Below are positions 36,246 to 45,936 of a stretch of DNA of 64,000 nt, in pieces. The notes beneath the pieces were generated by a model. That model was not told the DNA's origin, did no database searches, and saw nothing but the letters and a program-made list of their open reading frames with translations. The translations under genes were made by a program, and so were the position numbers. Position 1 is the first letter of the stretch; the number at the start of each line of letters is the position of its first letter. This DNA comes from Hydrogenophilales bacterium (GTDB taxonomy: Bacteria > Pseudomonadota > Gammaproteobacteria > Burkholderiales > Thiobacillaceae), in the NCBI GenBank assembly GCA_037445185.1, contig JBBIKZ010000001.1:27485-91484 (forward strand), given 5' to 3'.

Positions 36246-37223
36246 ATGAGCATCATCGAAAAGGCCGCGGGCAAGCTCGGTGCCGACTACCAGACCCCAC
36301 CCGTGCCGCCCGCCGCCGGCAGCGACGTCGCGCGCGAGCGAGCGCTGATCGAGGAATCCATCGAACGGGCCGCGGCCTCCTTCGGGGAGGTGACCGCGCG
36401 GCCGGCCAGGAGGACGCCTGCCCCGGATGACGACGGACCGACCACGGTCTGGGGGGGCACCTCGCGTAAGGTTTCGATCGACGTGCAGCGGCTCAAGGCG
36501 ATGGGCATGGTCACCCCGGATGCCGGCCGCGACAAGATCGCCGAGGAGTACCGCCTGATCAAGCGGCCCCTGTTGGCCAAGGCCTTCGGGCACGGCGACA
36601 CCCCCCGCATCCCCAAGGGCAATCTGATCATGGTCACCAGCAGCCTGCCCGGCGAAGGCAAGTCCTTCACCGCCATCAACCTGGCCATCAGCATGGCGAC
36701 CGAGATGGAGAACACCGTGCTGCTGGTGGATGCCGACGTGGCCAAGTCGTCTGTGCCGCGCTACCTCGGCATCGAGGCCAGGGAGGGGCTCATCGACGTG
36801 CTGCGCAACACGAACCTGCCGCTGTCCGACGTGCTCATCAAGACCGACATCGCCAAGCTGACCATCCTGCCGGCGGGACCCTCCATCGCGCATGCCAACG
36901 AACTGCTGGCCAGTTCCGCCATGAAGGCCTTCGTCGAGGACATCGCCAGCCGCTACCCCGACCGCATCATCCTGTTCGACTCGCCGCCCCTGCTCGCCAC
37001 CAGCGAGGCCACCGTGCTGGCCAGCTACATGGGCCAGATCGTCTTCGTCGTGGAGGCGGAGCGCACGCCGCAGGAAGCGGTCAAGGATGGCCTCGCCCAC
37101 ATCTCCGGCTGCGAGCACATCGGCCTGGTGCTGAACAAGGCCACGCGCGCCCCTGCCGGCGACTACTACGGCTATGGCTATGGCTACGGTTATGGATACG
37201 GCTATGGCGAGTACGGCAAGTAG
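36246..37223 (+). CDS. BY-kinase-type tyrosine autokinase (chain-length-determinant partner)
   Basis: P-loop SSLPGEGKSF, Walker B LLVDAD, C-terminal Tyr cluster DYYGYGYGYGYGYGYGEYGK. Confidence 0.85.
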   Translation: MSIIEKAAGKLGADYQTPPVPPAAGSDVARERALIEESIERAAASFGEVTARPARRTPAPDDDGPTTVWGGTSRKVSIDVQRLKAMGMVTPDAGRDKIAEEYRLIKRPLLAKAFGHGDTPRIPKGNLIMVTSSLPGEGKSFTAINLAISMATEMENTVLLVDADVAKSSVPRYLGIEAREGLIDVLRNTNLPLSDVLIKTDIAKLTILPAGPSIAHANELLASSAMKAFVEDIASRYPDRIILFDSPPLLATSEATVLASYMGQIVFVVEAERTPQEAVKDGLAHISGCEHIGLVLNKATRAPAGDYYGYGYGYGYGYGYGEYGK

Positions 37224-38814
37224 CCGACCCCAGCGCGCTGCCCTGCTGAGCATCGTCTTCCCCCTCCTGGCCTGGCCGGGGGCGGGCGTGGCCGGCGATT
37301 GGCAGTGGAGCCCCAGGCTGAGCTTGGAGGAGCGCTATTCAGACAACGTCTTCCTGCGACCCAAGGGCCAGGAGCATAGCGACTGGATCACCGAGGTGAG
37401 CCCCGGCATCGCTGTCCGCCGCGAGGGGCGCAAGCTCAAGGTGGATGTCGACTTCAGCCTGCAGGGCTACCTCTACGCCAACGACCCCGACCGCAGCCGC
37501 GCCCGCAGCAACCTCAATGGACAGGCCCAGGCCACGCTCCTGGAGGACTGGCTCTATCTGGACGCCACGGCACGCGCCAGCCAGCAGCTGGTGGACTATG
37601 TCGGCGGAGCCGGGCTGGGCGATGCGGTCGGCATCCAGAACACCCGCCAGACTTACAGCTACGGGCTGAGCCCCTATCTCAAGCACCGCTTCGGCTCCGA
37701 CGCCACGGTGGAGCTGCGGGTGGGGCGCGACAAGTATCGTTCCACCGGCGGCAGCGGCCTGTCAGACAGCGGCACCAACCGCTACCGCTTCAGCGCCGTG
37801 AGCGGAAACGACTTCTTCCCCCTGTCCTGGAACCTGAGCTACGACCGGCGCGAGACGGACTACGCGGACCGCATCGATACCGACGGCGAGCAGGCCTCGG
37901 CCTACGGTCGGCTGCAGATGCGGCGCGAATTCGGCCTGATCGGCCAGGCAGGCCTGCAAAAGGGCAATTTCCCGGGGGCGACCAGCCGCATCCGCGACTT
38001 CTCCTACTACGGGCTGGGCGTGTACTACACGCCGGGACGGCGCTTCTCCGGCGAGCTGGTCTATAACCTCTCTGACCAGGGTAACTTCGTCAGCGGTAGC
38101 GTCACCCTGCAGCCCACCCTGCGCACCACGCTCAAGGCCTCCAGCACGCAGCGCAACTTCGGCCGCAGCTATGAACTCTCCGCCAACCACCGCACACGCA
38201 AGTCGAGCTGGGGGCTGGTTTATCAGGAGACCCTGTCGAGCTATGACCAGCTCGACCGGGAAAATCTGTTCGACGCCTGGTTGTGCGGTGGGGTCTACGT
38301 GTTTCCCATCCCCCTCGGCAGTGCGGTCCCCGACGGCTGCACGAAATTGAGCGATGCCGCCCTCGCCGCGCTGTTCGGGGCGGCGGCCTTCAAACCCGTC
38401 ACCCTCGACAAAACCTACCTCAGCAAGGGTCTGACCGGTCAGTTCAGTTATGCCTTCCGCCGGGCCAACGTCAGCCTCCGCCTGTTCGACACCCGACGCG
38501 AGTATCAGGAGACGGAGGTGCTGGGGCGCGAGGACCGTCGTATCGGTCTGCAGGCGACGCTGAGTGTGCGCCCTGGCGAGCGCACCACCCTGAGCCTGTC
38601 GAGCGGCCTCTCCCGCCTGGAGGTGGACGACCCCGTCACACCGGCCAACAACCGCGAGGATGACTTCTGGAACATCGGCCTCACCCTCACCCGCCGTTTC
38701 CAGCCCGACGTCTCCGGCAGTCTGGAGCTGCGTCATCAGCAGCGCGACTCCAACCTCAACAACCAGGACTACACGGAGAACGCCTTGGCCGCCCGCCTTA
38801 ACATGCGGTTCTGA
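37204..38814 (+). CDS. PEP-CTERM-system-associated outer-membrane beta-barrel protein (putative)
   Basis: Signal peptide …ALLSIVFPLLAWPGAGVAG, alternating beta-strand pattern, terminal …ARLNMRF. Start chosen among four in-frame ATGs (37174/37180/37192/37204). Confidence 0.7.
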   Translation: MASTASSRPQRAALLSIVFPLLAWPGAGVAGDWQWSPRLSLEERYSDNVFLRPKGQEHSDWITEVSPGIAVRREGRKLKVDVDFSLQGYLYANDPDRSRARSNLNGQAQATLLEDWLYLDATARASQQLVDYVGGAGLGDAVGIQNTRQTYSYGLSPYLKHRFGSDATVELRVGRDKYRSTGGSGLSDSGTNRYRFSAVSGNDFFPLSWNLSYDRRETDYADRIDTDGEQASAYGRLQMRREFGLIGQAGLQKGNFPGATSRIRDFSYYGLGVYYTPGRRFSGELVYNLSDQGNFVSGSVTLQPTLRTTLKASSTQRNFGRSYELSANHRTRKSSWGLVYQETLSSYDQLDRENLFDAWLCGGVYVFPIPLGSAVPDGCTKLSDAALAALFGAAAFKPVTLDKTYLSKGLTGQFSYAFRRANVSLRLFDTRREYQETEVLGREDRRIGLQATLSVRPGERTTLSLSSGLSRLEVDDPVTPANNREDDFWNIGLTLTRRFQPDVSGSLELRHQQRDSNLNNQDYTENALAARLNMRF

Positions 38815-38823
38815 GCGACGCAC

Positions 38824-39828
38824 ATGTACGAAGCCTATTACCACCTCCGCGACAAACCCTTTCAGCTCAATCCAGACCCGCGTTTCTTCTACGGCAGCCG
38901 GGGGCACAAGCGGGCCTTCTCCTATCTGGAATACGGCCTGTCGCTGGGCGAGGGGTTCATCATCATCACCGGCGACGTCGGCGCGGGCAAGACCATGCTG
39001 GTCAAGCACCTGCTCAAGAAGCTGGATCGCGGCAATTACCTCGTCGCCAACCTGGTCAGCACCCAGCTCGATGCCGACGACATGCTGCGCAGCGTCTCCG
39101 CCGCCTTAGGGCTGGACTACGAGCACCTGTCCAAGGCGGCCCTGCTCAACAATCTGCAGACCTTTCTGCGCGACAACCTGCGCCAGGGTCGCCGGGCCCT
39201 GCTCATCGTCGACGAGGCCCAGAACCTCTCGCCCAAGGCGGTGGAGGAACTGCGCATGCTGTCCAACTTCCAGGAAGGGGAAAAGTCGCTGCTGCAGAGC
39301 TTCCTCCTCGGCCAGCCCGAGTTCCGCGACACCCTGCAGAGCCCGGAGATGCAGCAGCTGCGCCAGCGGGTGATCGCCTCCTACCATCTGGGGCCCATGG
39401 ACCGGGACGAGACCATGGGCTACATCCTGCACCGTCTCAAGACGGTGGGCTGGCACGGCAACCCGGCCTTCGCCGAGGACGCCTTCGATGCCATCCACGC
39501 CTTCTCCGGCGGTGTGCCGCGCCGCATCAACACCCTGTGCGACCGCCTGCTGCTGTTCGGCTTCCTGGAGGAACGCAACCAGTTCGACGCCAAGGCGGTG
39601 CAGGAGGTGATCGCCGACCTCAAACAGGAGGTGCACCATCAGGCCGCACCGGTCAGGCAGACGCAGATGGCCACCGTCGCCGCCGCGCCGGTGTCGATGG
39701 CCGTCGACGCGGCCCTGCCGGCCGACCTGGAAGAGCGCCTGACGCAGATCGAGCGCGGCCTCACCCGCTTGATCCCCATGGTGCGCAAGATCCTCTACAC
39801 GGTGAGCGAAGGCCAGGAGCGCGACTGA
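38824..39828 (+). CDS. XrtA/PEP-CTERM-system-associated AAA ATPase (ExeA-like)
   Basis: …GFIIITGDVGAGKTML…LIVDEAQNL…. Confidence 0.85.
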   Translation: MYEAYYHLRDKPFQLNPDPRFFYGSRGHKRAFSYLEYGLSLGEGFIIITGDVGAGKTMLVKHLLKKLDRGNYLVANLVSTQLDADDMLRSVSAALGLDYEHLSKAALLNNLQTFLRDNLRQGRRALLIVDEAQNLSPKAVEELRMLSNFQEGEKSLLQSFLLGQPEFRDTLQSPEMQQLRQRVIASYHLGPMDRDETMGYILHRLKTVGWHGNPAFAEDAFDAIHAFSGGVPRRINTLCDRLLLFGFLEERNQFDAKAVQEVIADLKQEVHHQAAPVRQTQMATVAAAPVSMAVDAALPADLEERLTQIERGLTRLIPMVRKILYTVSEGQERD

Positions 39829-41006
39829 TGGTGGGCGAGTCCCCCCCGGGCGGGGCGACGCCCGGCCCGGCCCTGGCGGGGGCGCAAGCGGCGCGCGGGT
39901 CGGCGCGTCATCCGGCTTGCGAGGTGCTGTGCGTGGTGGGGGCGCGTCCGAACTTCATGAAGATCGCGCCCATCATGGCCGCCTTCGCCGCCCGCCCCAT
40001 CCAGGCGAGGCTGGTGCATACCGGCCAGCATTACGACGCCGCCATGAGCGACGGCTTCTTCGAACAGCTCAACATCCCCCGGCCGCACGTCAACCTCGAG
40101 GTGGGGTCCGCCAGCCACGCCGTGCAGACGGCGGAGATCATGCGCGCCTTCGAACCGGTCCTGGACCAGGAGGCCCCGCGCGCCGTGCTGGTGGTGGGCG
40201 ATGTCAACTCCACCATCGCCTGTGCCCTGGTGGCGGCCAAGAAGGGGGTGCCGGTGATCCACGTCGAGGCGGGCCTGAGGAGCTACGACCGACGCATGCC
40301 CGAGGAGATCAACCGAGTGCTCACCGACCAGCTCTCGGAGCTCCTCTTCACCACCGAGCGTGCGGCGCTCGACAATCTGAAACGCGAGGGGATAGACCCG
40401 CAACGGGTGCATTTCGTCGGCAACGTGATGATCGACACCCTGCGGCGCCATCTCGATCGGGCCATCCCCGCCGCGCAGACCCTCGGTCGGTTGCCCGCCA
40501 AAGGCTATGCCGTGTTGACCCTGCATCGCCCGTCCAACGTCGACGACCGCGACACCCTGGCCGGGTTGCTCGACGCCATCGCCCGCATCGCCGCGCGCCT
40601 GCCGGTGGTCTTCCCCATCCATCCGCGCACGCGCGCCGCCGCCGAGCGGCTGGGGCTCTCGGCCCGGCTCGAGCAACCCGGCATCCGCCTCCTGCCCCCC
40701 CAGGGTTATCTCGAGATGCTGGGACTCATGCGCGAGGCCACGGTGGTGCTCACCGACTCCGGCGGGCTGCAGGAGGAGACCACCGCCCTCGGTGTGCCGT
40801 GCATCACCCTGCGCGAGAACACCGAACGTCCCGTCACCCTCAGCGAGGGCACCAATACCCTCACCGGGCCCGACCCGGAAAAGATCCTGCAATGCTTCGA
40901 GGACATCCTGGCGACCGGGGGCAAACGCGGTCGCATCCCCGAGTACTGGGACGGGAGTGCCTCGGAGCGCATCGCGGCGATCCTGCGTGACTGGCTGGAT
41001 GCCTGA
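39828..41006 (+). CDS. wecB: UDP-N-acetylglucosamine 2-epimerase (non-hydrolysing)
   Basis: …VVGARPNFMKIAPIM…HTGQHYD…VHVEAGLRS…DSGGLQEET…. ATG 39828 overlaps the upstream stop; the true start may be about 30 codons later. Confidence 0.85.
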   Translation: MVGESPPGGATPGPALAGAQAARGSARHPACEVLCVVGARPNFMKIAPIMAAFAARPIQARLVHTGQHYDAAMSDGFFEQLNIPRPHVNLEVGSASHAVQTAEIMRAFEPVLDQEAPRAVLVVGDVNSTIACALVAAKKGVPVIHVEAGLRSYDRRMPEEINRVLTDQLSELLFTTERAALDNLKREGIDPQRVHFVGNVMIDTLRRHLDRAIPAAQTLGRLPAKGYAVLTLHRPSNVDDRDTLAGLLDAIARIAARLPVVFPIHPRTRAAAERLGLSARLEQPGIRLLPPQGYLEMLGLMREATVVLTDSGGLQEETTALGVPCITLRENTERPVTLSEGTNTLTGPDPEKILQCFEDILATGGKRGRIPEYWDGSASERIAAILRDWLDA

Positions 41007-41158
41007 CGGAATCTCGTCGATCGTCACGAACGCCCGTGGGGGCCGGATCGGTCAGCGCGGATACCGTCAGCAGGGATCGGTCCGCTATAGGGGGTGGGAC
41101 TTGGCCCGCGATTTGCTTGCCTGCGGAAACTAGGCCTAGATGTGCGGCTGAACACGAC

Positions 41159-42028
41159 ATGACCGAGCTGAACGCCGAGCTGTATAACGTGATGACCGTC
41201 GATGTGGAGGACTATTTCCATGTCGCCGCCTTCGCCGACCGCATCCCGCGGCATGAATGGGAGCGCTGGCCGTGCCGGGTGGAGGCGAATGTGGACCGTA
41301 TCCTGGGCCTGTTCGACGCGCATGCCGTCAAGGCCACCTTCTTCACCTTGGGCTGGGTGGCCGAGCGCTACCCCGGCGTGGCACGCCGCATCGCCGACAA
41401 CGGTCATGAACTGGCCAGCCACGGCTATGGGCACCAGCGCGCCAGCGAGATGAGTCCGGCGGCGTTCCGGCAGGACGTCACCCGTGCCAAGGGCCTGCTC
41501 GAGGACATCGCTGGCGTGGAGGTGCGCGGCTACCGCGCCCCCAGCTTCTCCATCGGCCACGCCAACCTCTGGGCGATCGATGAACTGGCGCAGGCCGGCT
41601 ACCGCTACAGCTCCAGCATCTACCCCATCGCCCACGACCACTACGGCATGCCCGACGCCCCCCGCTTCCCCTATCGGCCGTCGCGCTGCCCGCAACTGCT
41701 GGAGGTGCCGCCCACCACCGTCAAGCTGGCAGGGCGCAACCTGCCGGCGGGGGGCGGCGGCTATTTCCGCCTGCTGCCCTATGCGTGGTCGCGCTGGCTC
41801 CTGCGGCAGGTCAACCAGACCGAGGGACGGCCCTGCATGTTCTACTTCCATCCCTGGGAGATCGACCCGGACCAGCCCCGCGTCGTAGGGGCGAGCGCGA
41901 GGAGCCGCTTCCGTCACTACGTCAACCTCCACCGCATGGAGGGCAAGCTGCGCCGCCTGCTCGGCGACTTCCGCTGGGGGCGGGCGGATGAGGTCTATGC
42001 CGCAGCGTTGACGGCCAAGCATGCGTAA
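41159..42028 (+). CDS. polysaccharide deacetylase, PEP-CTERM-locus type
   Basis: …MTVDVEDYFHV…FFTLGWVAE…ELASHGYGH… (NodB-type). Confidence 0.85.
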   Translation: MTELNAELYNVMTVDVEDYFHVAAFADRIPRHEWERWPCRVEANVDRILGLFDAHAVKATFFTLGWVAERYPGVARRIADNGHELASHGYGHQRASEMSPAAFRQDVTRAKGLLEDIAGVEVRGYRAPSFSIGHANLWAIDELAQAGYRYSSSIYPIAHDHYGMPDAPRFPYRPSRCPQLLEVPPTTVKLAGRNLPAGGGGYFRLLPYAWSRWLLRQVNQTEGRPCMFYFHPWEIDPDQPRVVGASARSRFRHYVNLHRMEGKLRRLLGDFRWGRADEVYAAALTAKHA

Positions 42029-42070
42029 TGGGGATGCAATCGGTCATCTCCGCCCCACGCCCGCTCAACC

Positions 42071-43111
42071 ATGCCTGATCTGATCGTCCGAACAGCGTGC
42101 GCTAGCGATGCCGCCGCCTGGGACGCCTTCGTCGCGGCCACGCCCGAGGCCACCTTCTTCCACCGCTGGGGCTGGCAGTCCGTGCTGCGTCAGGTCTTCG
42201 GCCATCGCACCCACTACCTGCTCGCCGAGCGCCACGGCCACATCGAGGGGGTGTTGCCCTTGACCGAGGTGAAGAGCCGGCTCTTCGGCCACGCCCTGAT
42301 CTCCACCCCGTTCTGCGTCTATGGCGGCATCGCCGCCAGGAACGACGCGGCGCGTACCGCGCTGGACGCGCACGCCCAGGCGCTGGCGCGGGAACTGGGC
42401 GTGGGGCATCTCGAATACCGCGACCGCGATCGGCCGGCGCACGCCGACTGGCCGGGGACCGACCTCTACGTCACCTTCCGCAAGGTGCTCGATCCGGAGG
42501 TGGAGAAGAACATGCTGGCCATCCCGCGCAAGCAGCGGGCCATGGTGCGCAAGGGGATCAAAAACGAACTCACGGCGGAGGAGGAGGAGGCGGGGGTGGA
42601 CGGCTTTTTCCGGGTCTATGCCGACAACGTCCGCCGCCACGGCACGCCGGCCCTGCCCAAGCGCTATTTCGCGGCGCTGCGCGAGACCTTCGGCCGCGAC
42701 TGCGAGGTCCTGCTCGTGCGCGCCAAGGGCGGCCAAGTGGTGAGCGGTGTGCTCTCCCTCCGCTTCCGTGACGAGATCCTGCCCTACTATGCCGGCGACA
42801 CCGTCGAGGCGCGCGCCCTGGCGGCCAATGACTTCAAATACTGGGAGGTGATGCGTCGGGCCTGCGAGCAGGGCGTGCGCGTGTTCGACTACGGCCGCAG
42901 CAAGGTCGGCACCGGGCCCTACGACTTCAAGCGCAACTGGGGTTTCGAGCCGCAGCCGCTCAACTACCGCTACCAGCTCGTGCGGGCGCAACGCCTGCCG
43001 GAGAACAACCCCAACAACCCCAAGTACCGCTTGTTCATCCGCGCCTGGCAGCGTCTGCCGCTGCCGGTGGCGAATTTCCTCGGCCCTTACATCGTGAGGA
43101 ATCTGGGGTGA
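42071..43111 (+). CDS. FemAB-family acyl/aminoacyl transferase, PEP-CTERM-locus type
   Basis: 346 aa; GNAT-like double domain. Its position after the deacetylase matches the locus order I remember for XrtA systems. Confidence 0.8.
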   Translation: MPDLIVRTACASDAAAWDAFVAATPEATFFHRWGWQSVLRQVFGHRTHYLLAERHGHIEGVLPLTEVKSRLFGHALISTPFCVYGGIAARNDAARTALDAHAQALARELGVGHLEYRDRDRPAHADWPGTDLYVTFRKVLDPEVEKNMLAIPRKQRAMVRKGIKNELTAEEEEAGVDGFFRVYADNVRRHGTPALPKRYFAALRETFGRDCEVLLVRAKGGQVVSGVLSLRFRDEILPYYAGDTVEARALAANDFKYWEVMRRACEQGVRVFDYGRSKVGTGPYDFKRNWGFEPQPLNYRYQLVRAQRLPENNPNNPKYRLFIRAWQRLPLPVANFLGPYIVRNLG

Positions 43112-43144
43112 AGGCGGTTCAGGCTGACAAAGGCGGGTGCCTGT

Positions 43145-44422
43145 ATGGATGAACTGCTCTTCCTCGCCCACCGTATCCCCTATCCGCCGGACAAGGGGGA
43201 CAAGATCCGTTCCTATCACCTGCTCAAGCACTTGGCGCGGCGCTACCGCATCCATGTCGGGGCCTTCGTCGATGACCCCGAGGATTGGCGGCATGCCGAC
43301 GCGCTGCGCTCGATGTGCGCCAGCGCGCATCTGGTCGGGATACACCCCAACTGGGCCAAGCTGCGGGCACTGACGGGGCTGCTGACCGGAGAGGCCCTGA
43401 CCCTGGCCTATTACCGCCACCCCGGCATGGCGGCCTGGGTCCGGCAGCGGTTGGAGGCGGGGGTGCGCCGGGTGGTGGGCTATTCCTCCGCCATGGCCCG
43501 GTTCGTGCTCGACGCCCAGGGGGTGCGCCGGGTGATGGACTATGTCGACATGGACTCGGACAAATGGCGGCAGTACGCCGACACCCGCCCCTGGCCGCTG
43601 TCCTGGCTCTATCGGCGGGAGGCGGCGCGCCTGCTCGCCTGGGAGCGGCGGGTGGCGGCCGCGTTCGACTATGGGTTCTTCGTCTCCGCGCCGGAGGCGG
43701 CCGACTTTCGCCGTGCCGCACCGGAGATCGCGGGGCGCATCGGCTGGTATGGCAACGGGGTGGATGCCGACTACTTCTCGCCCGAACGGACCTATGGCAA
43801 CCCTTATCCCGCGGGGACGGAGGCGCTGGTTTTCACCGGGGCGATGGATTACTGGCCGAACGTGGATGCGGTGACCTGGTTCGCGCGGGAGGTCTTCCCC
43901 GCCATACGCCGGGCGCGGCCGGCGGTGGCCTTCTACGTGGTGGGCAGCCGGCCGGCCGCCGAGGTGCAGGCGCTCGCGCGCCTGCCCGGCATCGCGGTCA
44001 CCGGCCGGGTGCCCGACGTGCGCCCCTATCTCGCCCACGCCGCGGCGGCGGTCGCACCGCTGCGCATCGCCCGCGGCGTGCAGAACAAGGTGCTGGAGGC
44101 CATGGCCATGGCGCGCACGGTGGTGGTCACGCCCCAGGCCCTGGAGGGTATCCGCGCCTTGCCGGGTGAGGAGGTGCTACTGGCCGACGGGGTCGCGGGC
44201 TTCACCCAGGCCACCCTCACGGCCATGCAGCGACCGGATCTCGGGGCCGCCGCACGGCGGCGCGTGTTGCAAGACTATGCCTGGGAGGCCTGCCTGGCAC
44301 GGGTCGATGCCCTGATCGATAGCGCCCCGCCCCTGCCGGCCAAGCCGCGGCCAATGTGCCACGAGGATGCGGCCGCAACGACCGGGGCTGCCGCCCGCGT
44401 CAGTGGCGAGAGGGCGACATGA
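43145..44422 (+). CDS. glycosyltransferase, PEP-CTERM/XrtA-system associated (first of three)
   Basis: MDELLFLAHRIPYPPDKGDKIRSYHLLKHL… N-terminus typical of this family; GT-B C-terminal half. Confidence 0.8.
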   Translation: MDELLFLAHRIPYPPDKGDKIRSYHLLKHLARRYRIHVGAFVDDPEDWRHADALRSMCASAHLVGIHPNWAKLRALTGLLTGEALTLAYYRHPGMAAWVRQRLEAGVRRVVGYSSAMARFVLDAQGVRRVMDYVDMDSDKWRQYADTRPWPLSWLYRREAARLLAWERRVAAAFDYGFFVSAPEAADFRRAAPEIAGRIGWYGNGVDADYFSPERTYGNPYPAGTEALVFTGAMDYWPNVDAVTWFAREVFPAIRRARPAVAFYVVGSRPAAEVQALARLPGIAVTGRVPDVRPYLAHAAAAVAPLRIARGVQNKVLEAMAMARTVVVTPQALEGIRALPGEEVLLADGVAGFTQATLTAMQRPDLGAAARRRVLQDYAWEACLARVDALIDSAPPLPAKPRPMCHEDAAATTGAAARVSGERAT

Positions 44423-45936
44423 ACGCCGTGACCACTTCCAGCCAGGCCTGGCAGACGGGCTGGTTCAAGGCGCTGGGTCTGCTGGTACTGACATGGGCGG
44501 CGATCGCCCTCCTCCTGCAGCCGACGGCAGTGTCCATGGTGACCATCTGGGAGCGCTCCGAGACCTATGCCCATGGCTATGTCATCCTGCCCATCGCCCT
44601 CTGGCTGATCTGGCGCGATCGCCACCGCCTCGCCGCCGTCGAGACGCGGCCGGATGCCCGCGCCTTGGTCGCGGTCGTGCTGCTGTTGCTGCTTTGGCTC
44701 GTCGCCTGGGCCGGCGGTGTGCTGGTGGCCGAACAGTACGCCCTGGTGGGCTTGTGGATCGCCGCGGTGTGGGCCCTGCTGGGGCCGAAGCTTATGCGGG
44801 CGGCCGCCTTCCCGCTCTTTTATCTGCTGCTCATGGTGCCCAACGGCGAGTTCCTCATGCAGCCGCTGATGGACTTCACCGCCGATTTCACCGTCGCGGC
44901 GGTGCGGCTCATCGGGCTGCCGGTCTATCGCGAAGGCACCTACTTCAGCCTGCCCAGCGGCAACTGGAGCGTGGTGGAGACCTGCTCCGGCATCCGCTAC
45001 ATCATCGCCTCCCTGACCTTGGGGCTGCTCTATGCCTATCTGACCTATCGCAGCCTCTGGAAGCGCATCGCCTTTGCCATCGCCGCCCTGGTGGTGCCGG
45101 TCATCGCCAATGGCATGCGCGCCACCCTCATCGTGTTGATCGCCCACTACTCCGACATGAAACTGGCGCTGGGCATCGATCATTACATCTACGGCTGGGT
45201 CTGGTTCGGCATCGTCATGCTGCTGATGTTCTGGGTGGGACTCATCTGGCGCGAGGATGCCCCGGCGGCCGGTGCGCCGGCCATGCCCCGGCCGGCCCCC
45301 TGCACGCCGCGCCCGGCCTGGGGCATGGCGCTCGCCCTGGTGCTGGTCACCGCCCTGGCGCCGGTGTGGCAGCGCACCCTGGCCACCCCCGCGCCCACCG
45401 TGACCCTGACGGCGCCGCAGCCGGACCAGGGCTGGCAGGTGACCGCAACCCCCTTCAACGACTGGCTGCCGCGCTGGATCGGCATGGATGCGAAGCTCGT
45501 CCAGCACTACGCCAAAGACGCGGACCGGGTCCTGCTGTTCGTCGCCTACTACGGACAGCAGCGTCAGGACGCCGAACTGATCAACAGCCAGAACCTGATG
45601 GTGGAACAGGAGCACGAGCGCTGGCAGAACGTCGGGCAGCGCGTGCGCGGTATCGAGATCGATGGCGTCCCCTACCGCATGCTGGAGGCCAGACTGCGCA
45701 CCCAGCGCGGCGAGCGCATCCTCGCCTGGCAGTGGAACCGGGTGATGGGGCGCAACGACCTGCACCCCCTGCTGATCAAGATCGAGCTGGCAGTGGAGAA
45801 GGTCCTCGGCGGGCGTGACGACGGCACCGCCTTCATCCTCGCCGCGCCCTACGAGGACCAGCCCGCCGAGGCCGAGCGCGTGCTGCGCGCCTATCTCAGC
45901 GACATGGGGGCGCGCTTGGCGACGGTGGCGCCATGA
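44419..45936 (+). CDS. xrtA: exosortase A fused to an EpsI-family domain
   Basis: 505 aa. …WERSETYAHGYVILPI…, catalytic-type motifs VETCSGIRY, ANGMRAT, DHYIYGW. The C-terminal half (…LFVAYYGQQRQDAELINSQN…) is EpsI-like. Confidence 0.85.
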   Translation: MNAVTTSSQAWQTGWFKALGLLVLTWAAIALLLQPTAVSMVTIWERSETYAHGYVILPIALWLIWRDRHRLAAVETRPDARALVAVVLLLLLWLVAWAGGVLVAEQYALVGLWIAAVWALLGPKLMRAAAFPLFYLLLMVPNGEFLMQPLMDFTADFTVAAVRLIGLPVYREGTYFSLPSGNWSVVETCSGIRYIIASLTLGLLYAYLTYRSLWKRIAFAIAALVVPVIANGMRATLIVLIAHYSDMKLALGIDHYIYGWVWFGIVMLLMFWVGLIWREDAPAAGAPAMPRPAPCTPRPAWGMALALVLVTALAPVWQRTLATPAPTVTLTAPQPDQGWQVTATPFNDWLPRWIGMDAKLVQHYAKDADRVLLFVAYYGQQRQDAELINSQNLMVEQEHERWQNVGQRVRGIEIDGVPYRMLEARLRTQRGERILAWQWNRVMGRNDLHPLLIKIELAVEKVLGGRDDGTAFILAAPYEDQPAEAERVLRAYLSDMGARLATVAP

